Assembly (NCBI RefSeq): GCF_004010195.1
Contig: NC_057746.1
Location: forward strand, 9,375,183-9,439,182
DNA from: Chiloscyllium plagiosum
Lineage: Eukaryota
Length of the DNA: 64,000 bases
Direction of reading: 5' to 3'
Shown: positions 11,531-22,876 of the stretch, in pieces
How positions within the stretch are numbered: the first letter of the stretch is position 1
Layout of the letters: the number at the start of each line of letters is the position of its first letter
The notes under the pieces: model-generated
What the model saw: only the letters and a program-made list of their open reading frames with translations
The model's database searches: none
What the model was told of the DNA's origin: nothing
Position numbers and translations under genes: made by a program

Positions 11531-13550
11531 CTCATCGCCTTCTGATGCCACATTGTAACGTCTCCCTGGGTGAACAGGTTCTCCTGAACACCCTCATGAT
11601 TATATTGTTGGCTCCTAGTTTAAGACTCTACCCCACCCCATCTGCCAACACACCCCATTCCAGCAGACATGTTTGTTGACTGAAGAGGCAGGTATATCCG
11701 ATATTACATGATTAGAGTTACCGGATCTTACCCCAATAGGAGGCCAGAAAAGTCTCAGTGTAGGCTGTGAAGCCTGGCAAAAGTTCCAATCACAGCCCAC
11801 GTGTCTCGTCTATGTATAGACTGTGCCTTTTGGGAGACCAGAGGACATTCTAAGTTAAACAACAGTGGAATGCAACACTGGTAAAATGGCCGAATTCAAA
11901 GCATGGAAACAGGCCATTCCCAATCGGTCCATGCCAATGCTCACAGGATTTACCAGCCAGCTGATTCCTTTCCCACTCGCATCCCATGCCCTGCATGGTA
12001 CAGCACTGTTAATTGGCAACGTTAATACATGATAAAATTAATTTATCACAAAGAAAACACAAAGCCATACAGCATAGAAACAGGCCCTTTGGCCCACCTC
12101 ATCTATGCCAGCCAACCAACAAATGCCAAACTGTATTAATCCCATTTACCTGCAGTTGGTCCACCGAACTGAACCAACATGTCGGCTAAGATGCCCTCTA
12201 GTATAAAATCCAGTACCGCAGAAACAGACTACTTGGTCCTTCAGGCCTGTAGCAGCCCTTCAAAAGGGTCATCCCATTCCCGCCTCCTCCTTCTTGAGTT
12301 CTCTTCCTTAACATTGGTCTGACCCACTGGTCAACCCCAAGAAGTCTGAGTTGCTGTGGCAACGCGGATCTTTTACAGGCATGTTTTAACCTGCCGCTCT
12401 GAACTGTGATGATAGAGGCTTCAATTTTCTTCCTGTCATACAGCTGACCAGGAATCTCTCCAACTCTTAAATCCCTACCATCGGCCTATGTAGTAAGGAT
12501 TTGCCGGCTCATATCCAACCTGTTTGGTCACATTATGAATTGTTCTTGGCCATCAGGTCCTGGCCTGGGACTTGAAACTCGGGTTTCTAGCTCCAAGGAA
12601 AGGATGCTACCCACTGCCCCACGAGACCTTCTCCCTGCGGTTCAGCTAAATATTTCTCTTTAAATACATGCCCAACTGCCTTTAAAAATCCCTCCAGAAT
12701 CTGCTCCCAATCACATGCAGTTAGGACATGTCAGAGCTCAGCAAACCTCTATGGGAATACATTTCCCATTTTCTGTCTGGTTCATTTACGAACTACTTTC
12801 AAACTAAGGTCTCTGGCTACTGCTCCACTTGACAGAAGAAATCGCTTCTCCGGATTTGCTCTGTGCAAACACCTCAGAATTCTGACGGCCACTATCAATC
12901 CTCTGCTTAAATCCGTCTCTTGAAGGAGAGCGTACAAATCAGGAACAAGCCGTTCAGCTGCAATAATAAATTTGTGGTTGATGGGTCTACCCCATTCTCT
13001 TTGCTTTCATTGTTAACCAAAACTCTGTCTAACTTGGCCTCACAAATATTCAGTGACTCAGTCCCCACTGGTCTCTGGGGAAGAGAATTACACAGAATAA
13101 TTACCCACTGAGACAAATCGTTAAACAAGTATATAAATACTTCACCTCATCATTGTCTTAAATAAAATTTGTAAAATCATGAGGGGTATAGATAAGGTTA
13201 ATAGCAGGTGTCTTTTCCCTTGGATGGGGGATTTCAAGACTAGGGGTGTATTTATAAGGTGAGAAGAGAAGGATTTCAAAAAGACATGAGGGGCAATTTC
13301 TATTTTACACACAGAGTGCTTCACGTGTGGCATGAACTTCCAGTGGTGGATGCGGGTACAGTGACAACGCTTTAAAGATAAACTACATAAATAAGACATG
13401 TTCGGAGGGACACAGGCCAAGTGCAGGCAGGTGGTACGAATTTGGGATTATAGTCAGCAAGGACTGGTTTGTCCCACGGTTCTGTTTCCGTCTCTATGCC
13501 TCTATCCCTAATTTTTAAAATGTTTCCCATACTTCTCATAAGGATGATGT

Positions 13551-14946
13551 GCAGGTTAGGTGAATTGGCCATGCTAAATTGCCCACAGTGTTCAGGGATG
13601 TGTAAGTTAGGTACATTAGTCAGGGGTAAATGTAGAGGAACAGGGTAGGGGAATGGGTTTGGGTGGGATACTCTTCGGGACGGTGTGGACTTGTTGGGCT
13701 GAAGGGCCTGTTTCCACACTGTAGGAATTCTATGAACATCCTCTGAGCAAATCCATTGCCAATTCCCCTCAGGTTGTTACATGTTTCAAAAAAATCACTT
13801 CTCATACTGCGGAACTCTAAGAGACCAGAAGAGACCTAGCTTCTCCATTCTCTCCATATAACTCAAGCTCCACATACCTCACACCATCCTTGGAAATCTC
13901 CTCGGCACCTGTCTGATCATATTGATATCCCTCCTAAAGTACGGTGTCCAGAACTGCACATAATGCTCCAGTCGAGACAATATACACTGACATGAATTTG
14001 CAAAATAAAAAAAAAATATGTCAAAGATTGGGGCCCCAGGAGCTGTCACTTGGAAGGAAAAGGATACCTGACCTGGTAAAACTAGACAGAGTTGACTTGA
14101 AAATTCATTCACGGTGGCTCAGTGGTTAGCACTGCTGCCTCTCAGCGCCAGGGACCCAGGTTCAATTCCAGCCTCAGGCGACTGTCTGAGTGGAGTTTGC
14201 ACGTTCTCCCCATGTCTGCGTGGGTTTCCTCCCACAATCCAAAGGCATGCAGGTTAGGTGAATTGGCCATGCTAAATTGCCCACAGTGTTCAGGGATGTG
14301 TAAGTTAGGTACATTAGTCAGGGGTAAATGTAGAGGAACAGGGTAGGGGAATGGGTTTGGGTGGGATACTCTTCGGGACGGTGTGGACTTGTTGGGCTGA
14401 AGGGCCTGTTTCCACACTGTAGGAATTCTATGAACATCCTCTGAGCAAATCCATTGCCAATTCCCCTCAGGTTGTTACATGTTTCAAAAAAATCACTTCT
14501 CATACTGCGGAACTCTAAGAGACCAGAAGAGACCTAGCTTCTCCATTCTCTCCATATAACTCAAGCTCCACATACCTCACACCATCCTTGGAAATCTCCT
14601 CGGCACCTGTCTGATCATATTGATATCCCTCCTAAAGTACGGTGTCCAGAACTGCACATAATGCTCCAGTCGAGACAATATACACTGACATGAATTTGCA
14701 AAATAAAAAAAAAATATGTCAAAGATTGGGGCCCCAGGAGCTGTCACTTGGAAGGAAAAGGATACCTGACCTGGTAAAACTAGACAGAGTTTACTTGAAA
14801 ATTCATTCACGGTGGCTCAGTGGTTAGCACTGTTGCCTCCCAGCGCCAGGGACCCAGGTTCAATTCCAGCCTCAGGCGACTGTCTGTGTGGAGTTTGCAC
14901 GTTCTCCCCGTGTCTGCGTGTGTTTCCTCCCACAATCCAAAGGCAT
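13551..14946. repeat. 698-bp tandem duplication bounded by SINE sequence (13551-14248 / 14249-14946)
   Basis: Constant 698 offset; duplicated ORFs 13879/14577 and 13944/14642; about 6 substitutions clustered at the 3' end. Confidence 0.93.
14110..14430 (+). mobile_element. HE1/V-SINE-type SINE (junction/hybrid copy)
   Basis: Head matches the copy at 14809; tail matches the copy at 13551-13730. Confidence 0.85.
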
Positions 14947-15115
14947 GCAGGTTAGGTGAATTGGCCATGCTAAATTGCCCACAGTGTTCAGGGATGTGCA
15001 AGTTGGGTGCATTAGTCAGCGGTAAATGGGAAATGGGTCCGTCTGGGATATTCTTCGGAAGGTCAGTGTGGGCTTGCTGGGTCGAAGTGCCTGTTTCCAC
15101 GCTGAAGGGATTCTG
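14809..15115 (+). mobile_element. HE1/V-SINE-type SINE
   Basis: Head, central domain and tail present. Confidence 0.88.
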
Positions 15116-15154
15116 AGATTCCCGCGCTTTTAATGCAGTTAGTTATCCTCAAGA

Positions 15155-15560
15155 CTTTTTCTCATTGGAGCATAGGAGGTTGAGGAGTGATCTTCTCGAA
15201 GTTTATAAAATCATGAGGGAGATCAATAGATAAGGTGAATGGCAGGTGTCTTTTCCCCAGGTTTGGGGGATGTCAAGACTGGGGGAATAGTTTTAAGGTG
15301 AGAGGAGAAAGATAAAAAAAAAAATTGGCAGCAATTTGGTTTTTCATGTGTTCACATGTGGAATGAACTTCCAGAGGAAGCGGTGAATGTGGGTACAGTT
15401 AGAACGTTTAAAAGACATTTGGATAAGTACATGAATAGAAAAGATTTGGAGGGAGATGGGCCAAGCCCAGGCCAGGTGGGACTAGTTTAGTTTGGCATTA
15501 CAATTGACATGGACTTGTTGAACTGAAGGGCCTGTTTCCGTGCTATATGGCTCTATAAGT
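15155..15560 (+). mobile_element. CR1 3' fragment
   Basis: gtttataaaatcatgagggg...tttaaggtgagaggagaaa...gaagggcctgtttccgtgct. Confidence 0.8.
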
Positions 15561-16069
15561 AGAAGTACTTCACTGGAAGGGCATACAGAATCTGAACCAA
15601 GCCAAATGAGGAGATGTTAGGCTAGGTGACCAAAAGCTTAAACAAAAGGGAAGACTTTAAGTAGAATTTTAAAGGAAGAGCAAAGCAAAAAGATTCTGGA
15701 GGGAATTCAAGGTAATTAGAGGCTCGGCAGCCAAAGCATGTCCGGCAATGGGCAAAAGAATTAAAAGTAAGGGATGTGGGGAATGGGTTTGGGTGAGATA
15801 CTCTTCGGAGGGTCAGTGTGGACTTGTTGGGCTGAAGGGCCTATTTCCACATTGTAGGGATTCTAAGATTACCACAACTACCTTCTAAGTAGTCCACAAT
15901 AACAGGTCAGATATTGCTGGGACGGAAGCATTAAAAGGGCGAAGACAGGTAAGGCCGTGGGTGGATTTTAAAACAAAGATGAGATTAACCAAGAATAAAG
16001 AACCCCAATCACAGGGATGATTGGGGAATGGAACATGGTGCAAGTTAAGGTGCATGAAGCTGAGTTACA

Positions 16070-16735
16070 GAGATATACAGATGTACAGCACAGAAACAGC
16101 CCCTTCAGATCCTACATGTCCATGACGACCAGATATCCTAAATTAATCAGGTCCATTTGCCAGCATTTGGCCCACATCCCTCTCAATCCTTCCTATTCAT
16201 GTGCCACTGCCCCACGAGACCTTCTGTCTGTGGTTCAGCTAAATATTTTTCTTTAAGTACATGTCCAACTGCCTTTAAATCTCCCTCCAGAATCTACTTC
16301 CAATCACACGCAGTTAGGATATGTCGGATCACAGCAAACCTCTTTGGGAATACATTTCCCATTATCTGTCTGGTTCATCTACTAACTACTTTCAAACTAA
16401 GGCCTCTGGCTACTGCTCCACTTGACAGAAAAAATAGTTTCTCCAGATTTGTTCTGTGCAAACACCTCAGAATTCTGACGGCCACTATCAATCCTCTGCT
16501 TAAATCCATCTCTTTAAGGAGAGCGTACAAATCAGGAATGAGCCATTCAGCTTCACTGTCAAATTTGATGCCTTTGAGATGTTGTATTTGTACCAGCCTC
16601 CACCACTTCCTCTGGTGGCTTGTTCCATACACACACCACCCTCTGTGTGAAAGAATTGCTGCTGAGGTCCCTTTTAAACCTTTCCCCTCTCACCTTAAAT
16701 TTATGCCCTATAGTTTTGGACTCCCCTTCTCTGAG
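16070..16735 (-). mobile_element. CR1 3' fragment interrupted by a copy of local sequence 12611-12955
   Basis: CR1 tail at 16070-16200 resumes at ~16580; the insert matches 12611-12955 with scattered substitutions. Confidence 0.7.
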
Positions 16736-17097
16736 ATGATCTGAAGTTTACAAAAGGTGGAATGAGGGAAGCAGAGAAAGAGAGCACAGAAGTGTACAGT
16801 ACCTTCGCACTTGAGACAGTTGACTCTTAACTGTCTTCCAAAGTGACCTGGCAGGTTAGCCAGTTCAAGGGGGCTGGTTAAGTGTGGGGCTTGCCAGAAT
16901 GCTCACATCCTATGAAAGATCAAAGAACAGAAAAGAAACGTGGTTATATTACTGGGTTAGTAATATATCCTGCTTTCACACTAAGCATACCTTTTCATCA
17001 TGTTGTCTGGCACTAACACACTGCCAAATGATCCACAGCACTAATGATACTCCAAACAGGGAATCTACGAGGTGCAGTGGACCGTCAGCAGCAATAC

Positions 17098-17405
17098 AAT
17101 TTAGATTACTTACAGTGTGGAAACAGGCCCTTCGGCCCAACAAGTCCACACCGACCCACCGAAGAGCAACCCACCCAGACCCATTCCCCTACATTTACCC
17201 CTTCACCTAACACTACAGGCAATTTAGCGTGGCCAATTCACCTCACCTGCACATCTTTGGACTGCGGAAGGAAACCGGTGCACCCGGAGGAGACACGGGG
17301 AGAATGTGTAAACTCCACACAGTCAGTTGCCTGAGGCGGGAATTGAACTCAGGTCTCTGGCGCTGTGAGGCAGCAGTGCTAACCACTGTGCCACCGTGCT
17401 GCCCA
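17098..17405 (-). mobile_element. HE1/V-SINE-type SINE
   Basis: Near full-length reverse copy with ttagat tail. Confidence 0.9.
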
Positions 17406-18895
17406 CATTTCTGTTCAACATTATTATGAGGAACTCCAGCAGTGATATCCTACAGCTGAAATGAATAGGACTTCAACATCTATCTACATCTTACTCTGTG
17501 TTTGGTATGACTCTCCTGAATTCAGCCGAGGTATTCTTAACTAAGCTGTTCAGAAATGTCATGGTATAACACATCTTTGGAGCAGGTGGGATTGAACCTA
17601 GTTCAGAGGCAGGGTCAGTACCAGTGTGCTACAACAGCCCCAAACACTGATATCAGGTTAAGTCTTGCTACAGGGCAGAAGTCAACCTACACTTGGAGAA
17701 CTGTGTGCAATTCTGATCTCCTTACCTAAAGAGTGATATTAATTTTCTAATCAACCATTTCAGAGACATGTTATTCCAAACTTCTGGAGCAGGTGGAAGT
17801 TGGATCGAGCCTCCTGACTCAAAGGTAGAAACACTACCACTGTGCTATAAGTGCCAACAGGACTGATATCAGGGTGCTGTATGAGGTCAAACCATTTTCA
17901 GCTGCTTCATTAATGGTTCCCCAAAGCTTCTGGATGTAGGTTTGCTAGCTGAGCTGGAAGGTTCAGTTTCAGATTTTTCGTCACCATACTCAGTGAGCCT
18001 CCGGATGAAGCATTGGTGCTATGGTCCAGTTTTCATTTATGTGATTAGGTTTCCTTAGGTTGGTGATGACATTTCCTGTGGTGATGTAATTTCCTATGAT
18101 GATGTCCACAAAGCTTGCTCATCATCTGGAGGAACAAGTCAGGAGTGTGATGGAATGCTCACCACTTGTCTGAATGAGTGCAGCTCCAATAACACTCATC
18201 AAGCTCAACAACACCCAGCACAAAGCTGCCTGCTTGATTGGCACCCAACCCATTTCTTTCAACATTCAGTCCCTTCAAAACTAATGCACAATGACAGCAA
18301 AGCATACCACCTCCAGAGTACACTGCAGCAAGACTTGTCCAACAGTAAACTATAGCATCACCTCCCTGAAAGGACAAGGGCAATAGATGCTCCAAACAAT
18401 ACCACTTGCAAGTTCCCCTCCAATCTACACACCATCCTAATTTGAACAATGTTATTGTTCCTTTAAGTCCTAGAATTCCCTTATACATTCCTCACATTTC
18501 TCCAGCAGCTGAGTTGAACTTCAAGATCTGTGCTAGCTGCTGTTGGAGAAACTGGAAGTAAAAGAGTGGGGATCAGCAAATGCGGACCCTCAGAGCATTT
18601 CTGAGGCTGCAGCCGTTGACTCCTTCCCTTCAGCACTGTAGGTATATCTGTAATGCAAGGATCAAGATGGGGGTTCACCATCATCTTCACACGGGCAATC
18701 AGAGAGAGATAATAAGTGTTGGTATTGCTGTCAGTATTCACTCCCAAGGATAAATCAGAAAACAGCCTCATGCCTAAGTCAGCTTTTTGCTCAAGATATT
18801 CAGAAACTTCACTCCCCTTCTCATTACCTGTAACCTTCCATTTCTTTCCCTCCAAATTTTTATCTGATTCTCTTTTGAAAGTTATTATTGAATCT

Positions 18896-19210
18896 GGGTG
18901 GCATGGTGCCTCAGTGGTTAGCACTGCTGCCTCACAGCATGAGGGTCCCAGGTTCAATTCCTGCCTCAGGCAACTGTCTTTTTGGAGTTTGCAGATTCTC
19001 CCCGTGTCTGCTTTGGTTTCCTCTGGGTGCTCCGGTTTCCTCCCACATGTGCAGGTTAGGTGAATTGGTCATATTAATTTGCCCATATTGTTAGGCGCAT
19101 TAGTCAGGGGTAAATATAGGGAAATGGGTCTGTGAGGATTACTCTCTGGAGGGTCGGTGTAGACTTGCTGGGCCGAAGGGCCTGTATCCACATGTAGGGA
19201 ACCTAATCTA
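18896..19210 (+). mobile_element. HE1/V-SINE-type SINE
   Basis: Head, central domain and tail present. Confidence 0.88.
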
Positions 19211-19329
19211 TTTTCAAATCCCCCTGGTATTGTGATTGAGTGAGCAGCAAACATCTGGGACTTATTGGAAATATTTGGGATGGAGAGGGGGAACGGACAA
19301 TATCAGGAAATGGGGGAGGGAGAATGGAG

Positions 19330-20065
19330 CAATTCAGTTCTTGGAGCAAGGGTATAATCTCTGGGTTTGGATTAGAGGAATCCTTAGAGTTTGAATCAGG
19401 ATGAATCCATGCAATTAGAACCAGGAGGAATTGCTGTGATTCTGATCAGGAATAATCACTGGAATTGTGATCAGAAAGATTCTTTGAGTTCAGGATGGGA
19501 TTTGGATCAGGAGGCATCTCTGGGTTGGAGGTAAAAAAAATGACTGCAGATGCTGGAAACCAGATTCTGGATTAGTGGTGCTGGAAGAGCACAGCAGTTC
19601 AGGCAGCATCGAAATCGACGTTTTGGGTAAAAGCCCTTCATCAGGTTTTATTCCTGATGAAGGACTTTTGCCCGAAACGTCGATTTCGCTGCTCCTTGGA
19701 TGCTGCCTGAACTGCTGTGCTCTTCCAGCACCACTAATCCAGAATCCCTGGGTTGGAATCAATATGGAATTGGAATCCGGATGGTGCTGAGATCAGGAGG
19801 GACCTCTGGAATTGGAATCAGGAATGAATTGGGGATCAGGAGGGATATATGAAGTTGGCACAGGAGGATTGGGACCGGGATCAGGAATGTTGACAGGGTT
19901 GGGGAGTGATCTCTCGCTTTAAGACTAGGAGGGATCTAGGATCAGGAGGAATCCAGCGGATTGGAATCAGGAAAAAATCTTCGGGATTGTGATCAAAAGG
20001 GATCTGGGATTGGGACCAGGAGGAATCTAAGGGATTGTGATCAGGAGGGATCCAGGGTTGGGATA
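19330..20065. repeat. Degenerate purine-rich tandem repeat (ggattgggatcaggagg-like)
   Basis: Recurrent atcagga / gggatt motifs. Confidence 0.65.
19530..19747. mobile_element. Palindromic Penelope-terminus mini-element with two opposed hammerhead-like cores
   Basis: Arms ~19563-19645 and ~19653-19746 are inverted. CTGATGA..GAAACGTC at 19654-19681. Flanked by ctgggttgga (19520-19529 and 19748-19757). Confidence 0.8.
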
Positions 20066-20099
20066 TGAATGGATCCCTGGGTTTGGGACTGTCTGTTTT

Positions 20100-20960
20100 C
20101 CGGGTGTGTGCAGCTCTGTGCTGGGAGGCGGGAGATGAGCCACCGTCTCTTTACCCGGGCCCAGTTAGCGGATCGGCCTCCCACCGGGCCGACCAGCCCG
20201 CCAATCCAGTTACCTACCGCCCTTCGGCTCTCTTTCTTCCATCTGGGGTCCGGGTGGCGGGGGGAGGCCTCCCGCTCTCCAGTAACAATTCAAGCGCCCT
20301 CCTCAACGGCCGGCCGCCGGCACATCCCACGCATGCGCTTGTTGTCACCGCCAGGCGCCGGCACGTCTCGCACATGCGTACTTCCCCAAGGTTGGTCGCC
20401 GGCACGTCTCGCACATGCGCCCTCGTCCACTGCCGGCCGACTGCCGCTCCCGCACAGGCGCTCTCCTTCAATGCCGGCCGCTGACAGCTTGTGCACACGC
20501 GCTCTCGTGTACTACCGGCCCCCGGTCACCTTCTGCTCATGCGTCCTTGTCTACTGCCGGCAGCCGGCACCTGCCGCATTTGCGCGCTGTGCCGCACCTC
20601 CTGCGGAGGAAGGGGTGGGGGGGTGGAGCAGTTTCAAAGGCGCAGAGATCTCTGGGATATCGAGTGGCCATGACTGGTGCCTGGACACCGACTTTCGCGC
20701 CACAGAATTAGCAGAAACTGCGGCGTTGGAAGTGAACAGAAATGGCTAGAGATAACTGTCTGAGGTTCATTTCCAAGATTTCAAGCAACAAAGGAAAGCG
20801 AGTGAACTCTTGCAGGGTTTCAGGTACGAAAACGTGGAAATTGAAGAGTCAGTATTGACCGAATGGCGCGTCCTGTGCTCCGGGGACTATGTGAGATCGA
20901 ATATTCGAAGCAGAATCAGAAATCCGGCACTTTGATGAATTCCAGGCGCGGACCCAGCAT
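20100..20960. promoter_or_regulatory. CpG island / candidate promoter with 41-bp-periodic NRF1-like (GCGCATGCGC-like) sites
   Basis: Most CpG-dense non-exonic block in the window. Motifs cgcatgcgc, cgcacatgcg (x2), cgcacaggcg, tgcacacgcg, tgctcatgcg, cgcatttgcg. Confidence 0.75.
20214..20242 (-). CDS. Candidate first coding exon of ZSWIM3-N-like gene (MEEREPKGG-R)
   Basis: ATG at 20242 at the edge of the CpG island. Donor AG|gtaact is phase 2 and joins in frame to the exon starting at 9118. It could instead be 5'UTR. Confidence 0.5.
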
Positions 20961-22030
20961 ATCCACCGCCTCTGACTCCTAACACTATCTTTAAATTCAT
21001 CTGAACTAATTGGCCATAAGGCAAGTTGTGTGCTGCATCGGAGAGACAGTGATAATGAGTCGTCCGTTCCTCAGGAGAATGCTGGAAGGTGCATGAAGGG
21101 AAGGTGAATGCACAACGTTCAAAATGTCGCAAGTAAGTTGCGGAGCATTGAAATACATAATGACAACGATTTAAATTCAATATTTCTGCACAAAGAGTTC
21201 ATTTTTTTGTTTATTCTTTAATGGGATGTGGGCATTCTGACTAAACCAGCAGTTATTGCTCATCCATAATTGTCACCGAGGAGATCGTGATGAGTCGCCT
21301 TTTTAAACCATTGTAGTGCATGTGGTGTCGGTGCACCCACGCTGTTATAAAGATCATAGTACCACGATATCGGTCTAGTGACCATGAAATTACAGCGGTA
21401 CAGTTCGAGGTCAGATGGCGTGTGACTCGGAATTTGAAGACATTGTTTTCGCTATGCATTTGCTGGTCCGAACCTTCTATGGATGCCTGTATCCTTATCG
21501 GTCTCTCTCTGTTTATTTCAGTTATCTCTGTTTGAGTTTCTATTTATATGTCTCAAAATGACGTTCTCTGACTGTCAAGCTTTCTTACAGCGTTCTATTT
21601 TCAAAATGCTTATTTTCAGGTTGTGAGCATTACTGCCTGAACCAGCATTTGTTGCTTATTGCCTATTCCCCTTGAGATGAAGATGGTGAGTCATCTTTTT
21701 GAACTGATACAGTCCATATCTTGCAGACATATAGATACTACAATTGAGAAGGGAGTTCCAGCATTTTGCTTGTACATAGTGAAGGAATAATAATATACTT
21801 CCATGTCATAATAAAGGGAATGTATCTCTTGCCTTAGCTTTCAGGTAAGTGAAGAAACAGCCTATGGTTTCATGAGATACCAAACTGGCCCACCTCCTAT
21901 TTGATTGTATGACTCCCTCTCGTGCAACTACAGGGATAGCATCAGCAAAGTTGTTAAATGGGGAGAAGACTCTGCCCTAGGTTATATCTGAACATCGCAA
22001 TTCAGGCAGCATCCGAGGACAGGCAAAATC

Positions 22031-22058
22031 GACGTTTCGGGCAAAAGCCCTTCATCAG
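22031..22058 (-). ncRNA. Minimal hammerhead ribozyme-like core in Penelope terminus
   Basis: Minus strand reads CTGATGA-A-GGGC-TTTT-GCCC-GAAA-C-GTC: intact catalytic boxes, stem II and a GUC cleavage triplet. Stem I is weak. Confidence 0.6.
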
Positions 22059-22382
22059 GAATAAAGGCAGAGAGCCTGAAGCGTGGAGAGATAAGCTAGA
22101 GGAGGGTGGGGGTAGGGAGAGAGTGGCATAGAGTACAATAGGTCAGTGGGGAAGGAGATGAAGGTGATAGGTCAGGGAGGAGAGGGTGGAGTGGATAGGT
22201 GGAAAAGGAGCTGGGCAGGTCCGACAAGCCCGGACAAGTCAGGGGATCGTGTTGCTGGAGGTTAGAAACTAGGATGAGGCCAACTCGAGGACACCTCTTC
22301 CTACCGCCCCCTTGACTACATCGCTGAAGCCAAACGCCAACTCCAGGACACCTCTTCCTACCGCCCCCTTGACCATGACCCC

Positions 22383-22876
22383 NNNNNNNNNNNNNNNNNN
22401 NNNNNNNNNNNNNNNNNNNNNNNNNNNNNNNNNNNNNNNNNNNNNNNNNNNNNNNNNNNNNNNNNNNNNNNNNNNNNNNNNNNNNNNNNNNNNNNNNNNN
22501 NNNNNNNNNNNNNNNNNNNNNNNNNNNNNNNNNNNNNNNNNNNNNNNNNNNNNNNNNNNNNNNNNNNNNNNNNNNNNNNNNNNNNNNNNNNNNNNNNNNN
22601 NNNNNNNNNNNNNNNNNNNNNNNNNNNNNNNNNNNNNNNNNNNNNNNNNNNNNNNNNNNNNNNNNNNNNNNNNNNNNNNNNNNNNNNNNNNNNNNNNNNN
22701 NNNNNNNNNNNNNNNNNNNNNNNNNNNNNNNNNNNNNNNNNNNNNNNNNNNNNNNNNNNNNNNNNNNNNNNNNNNNNNNNNNNNNNNNNNNNNNNNNNNN
22801 NNNNNNNNNNNNNNNNNNNNNNNNNNNNNNNNNNNNNNNNNNNNNNNNNNNNNNNNNNNNNNNNNNNNNNNNNNNN
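22383..22876. other. Assembly gap
   Basis: N run. Confidence 1.

Noticed and set aside
20065-20749. 139-226-aa ORFs in the CpG island
   Set aside because: GC-rich stop-poor sequence, overlapping ORFs on both strands, no domain signature.
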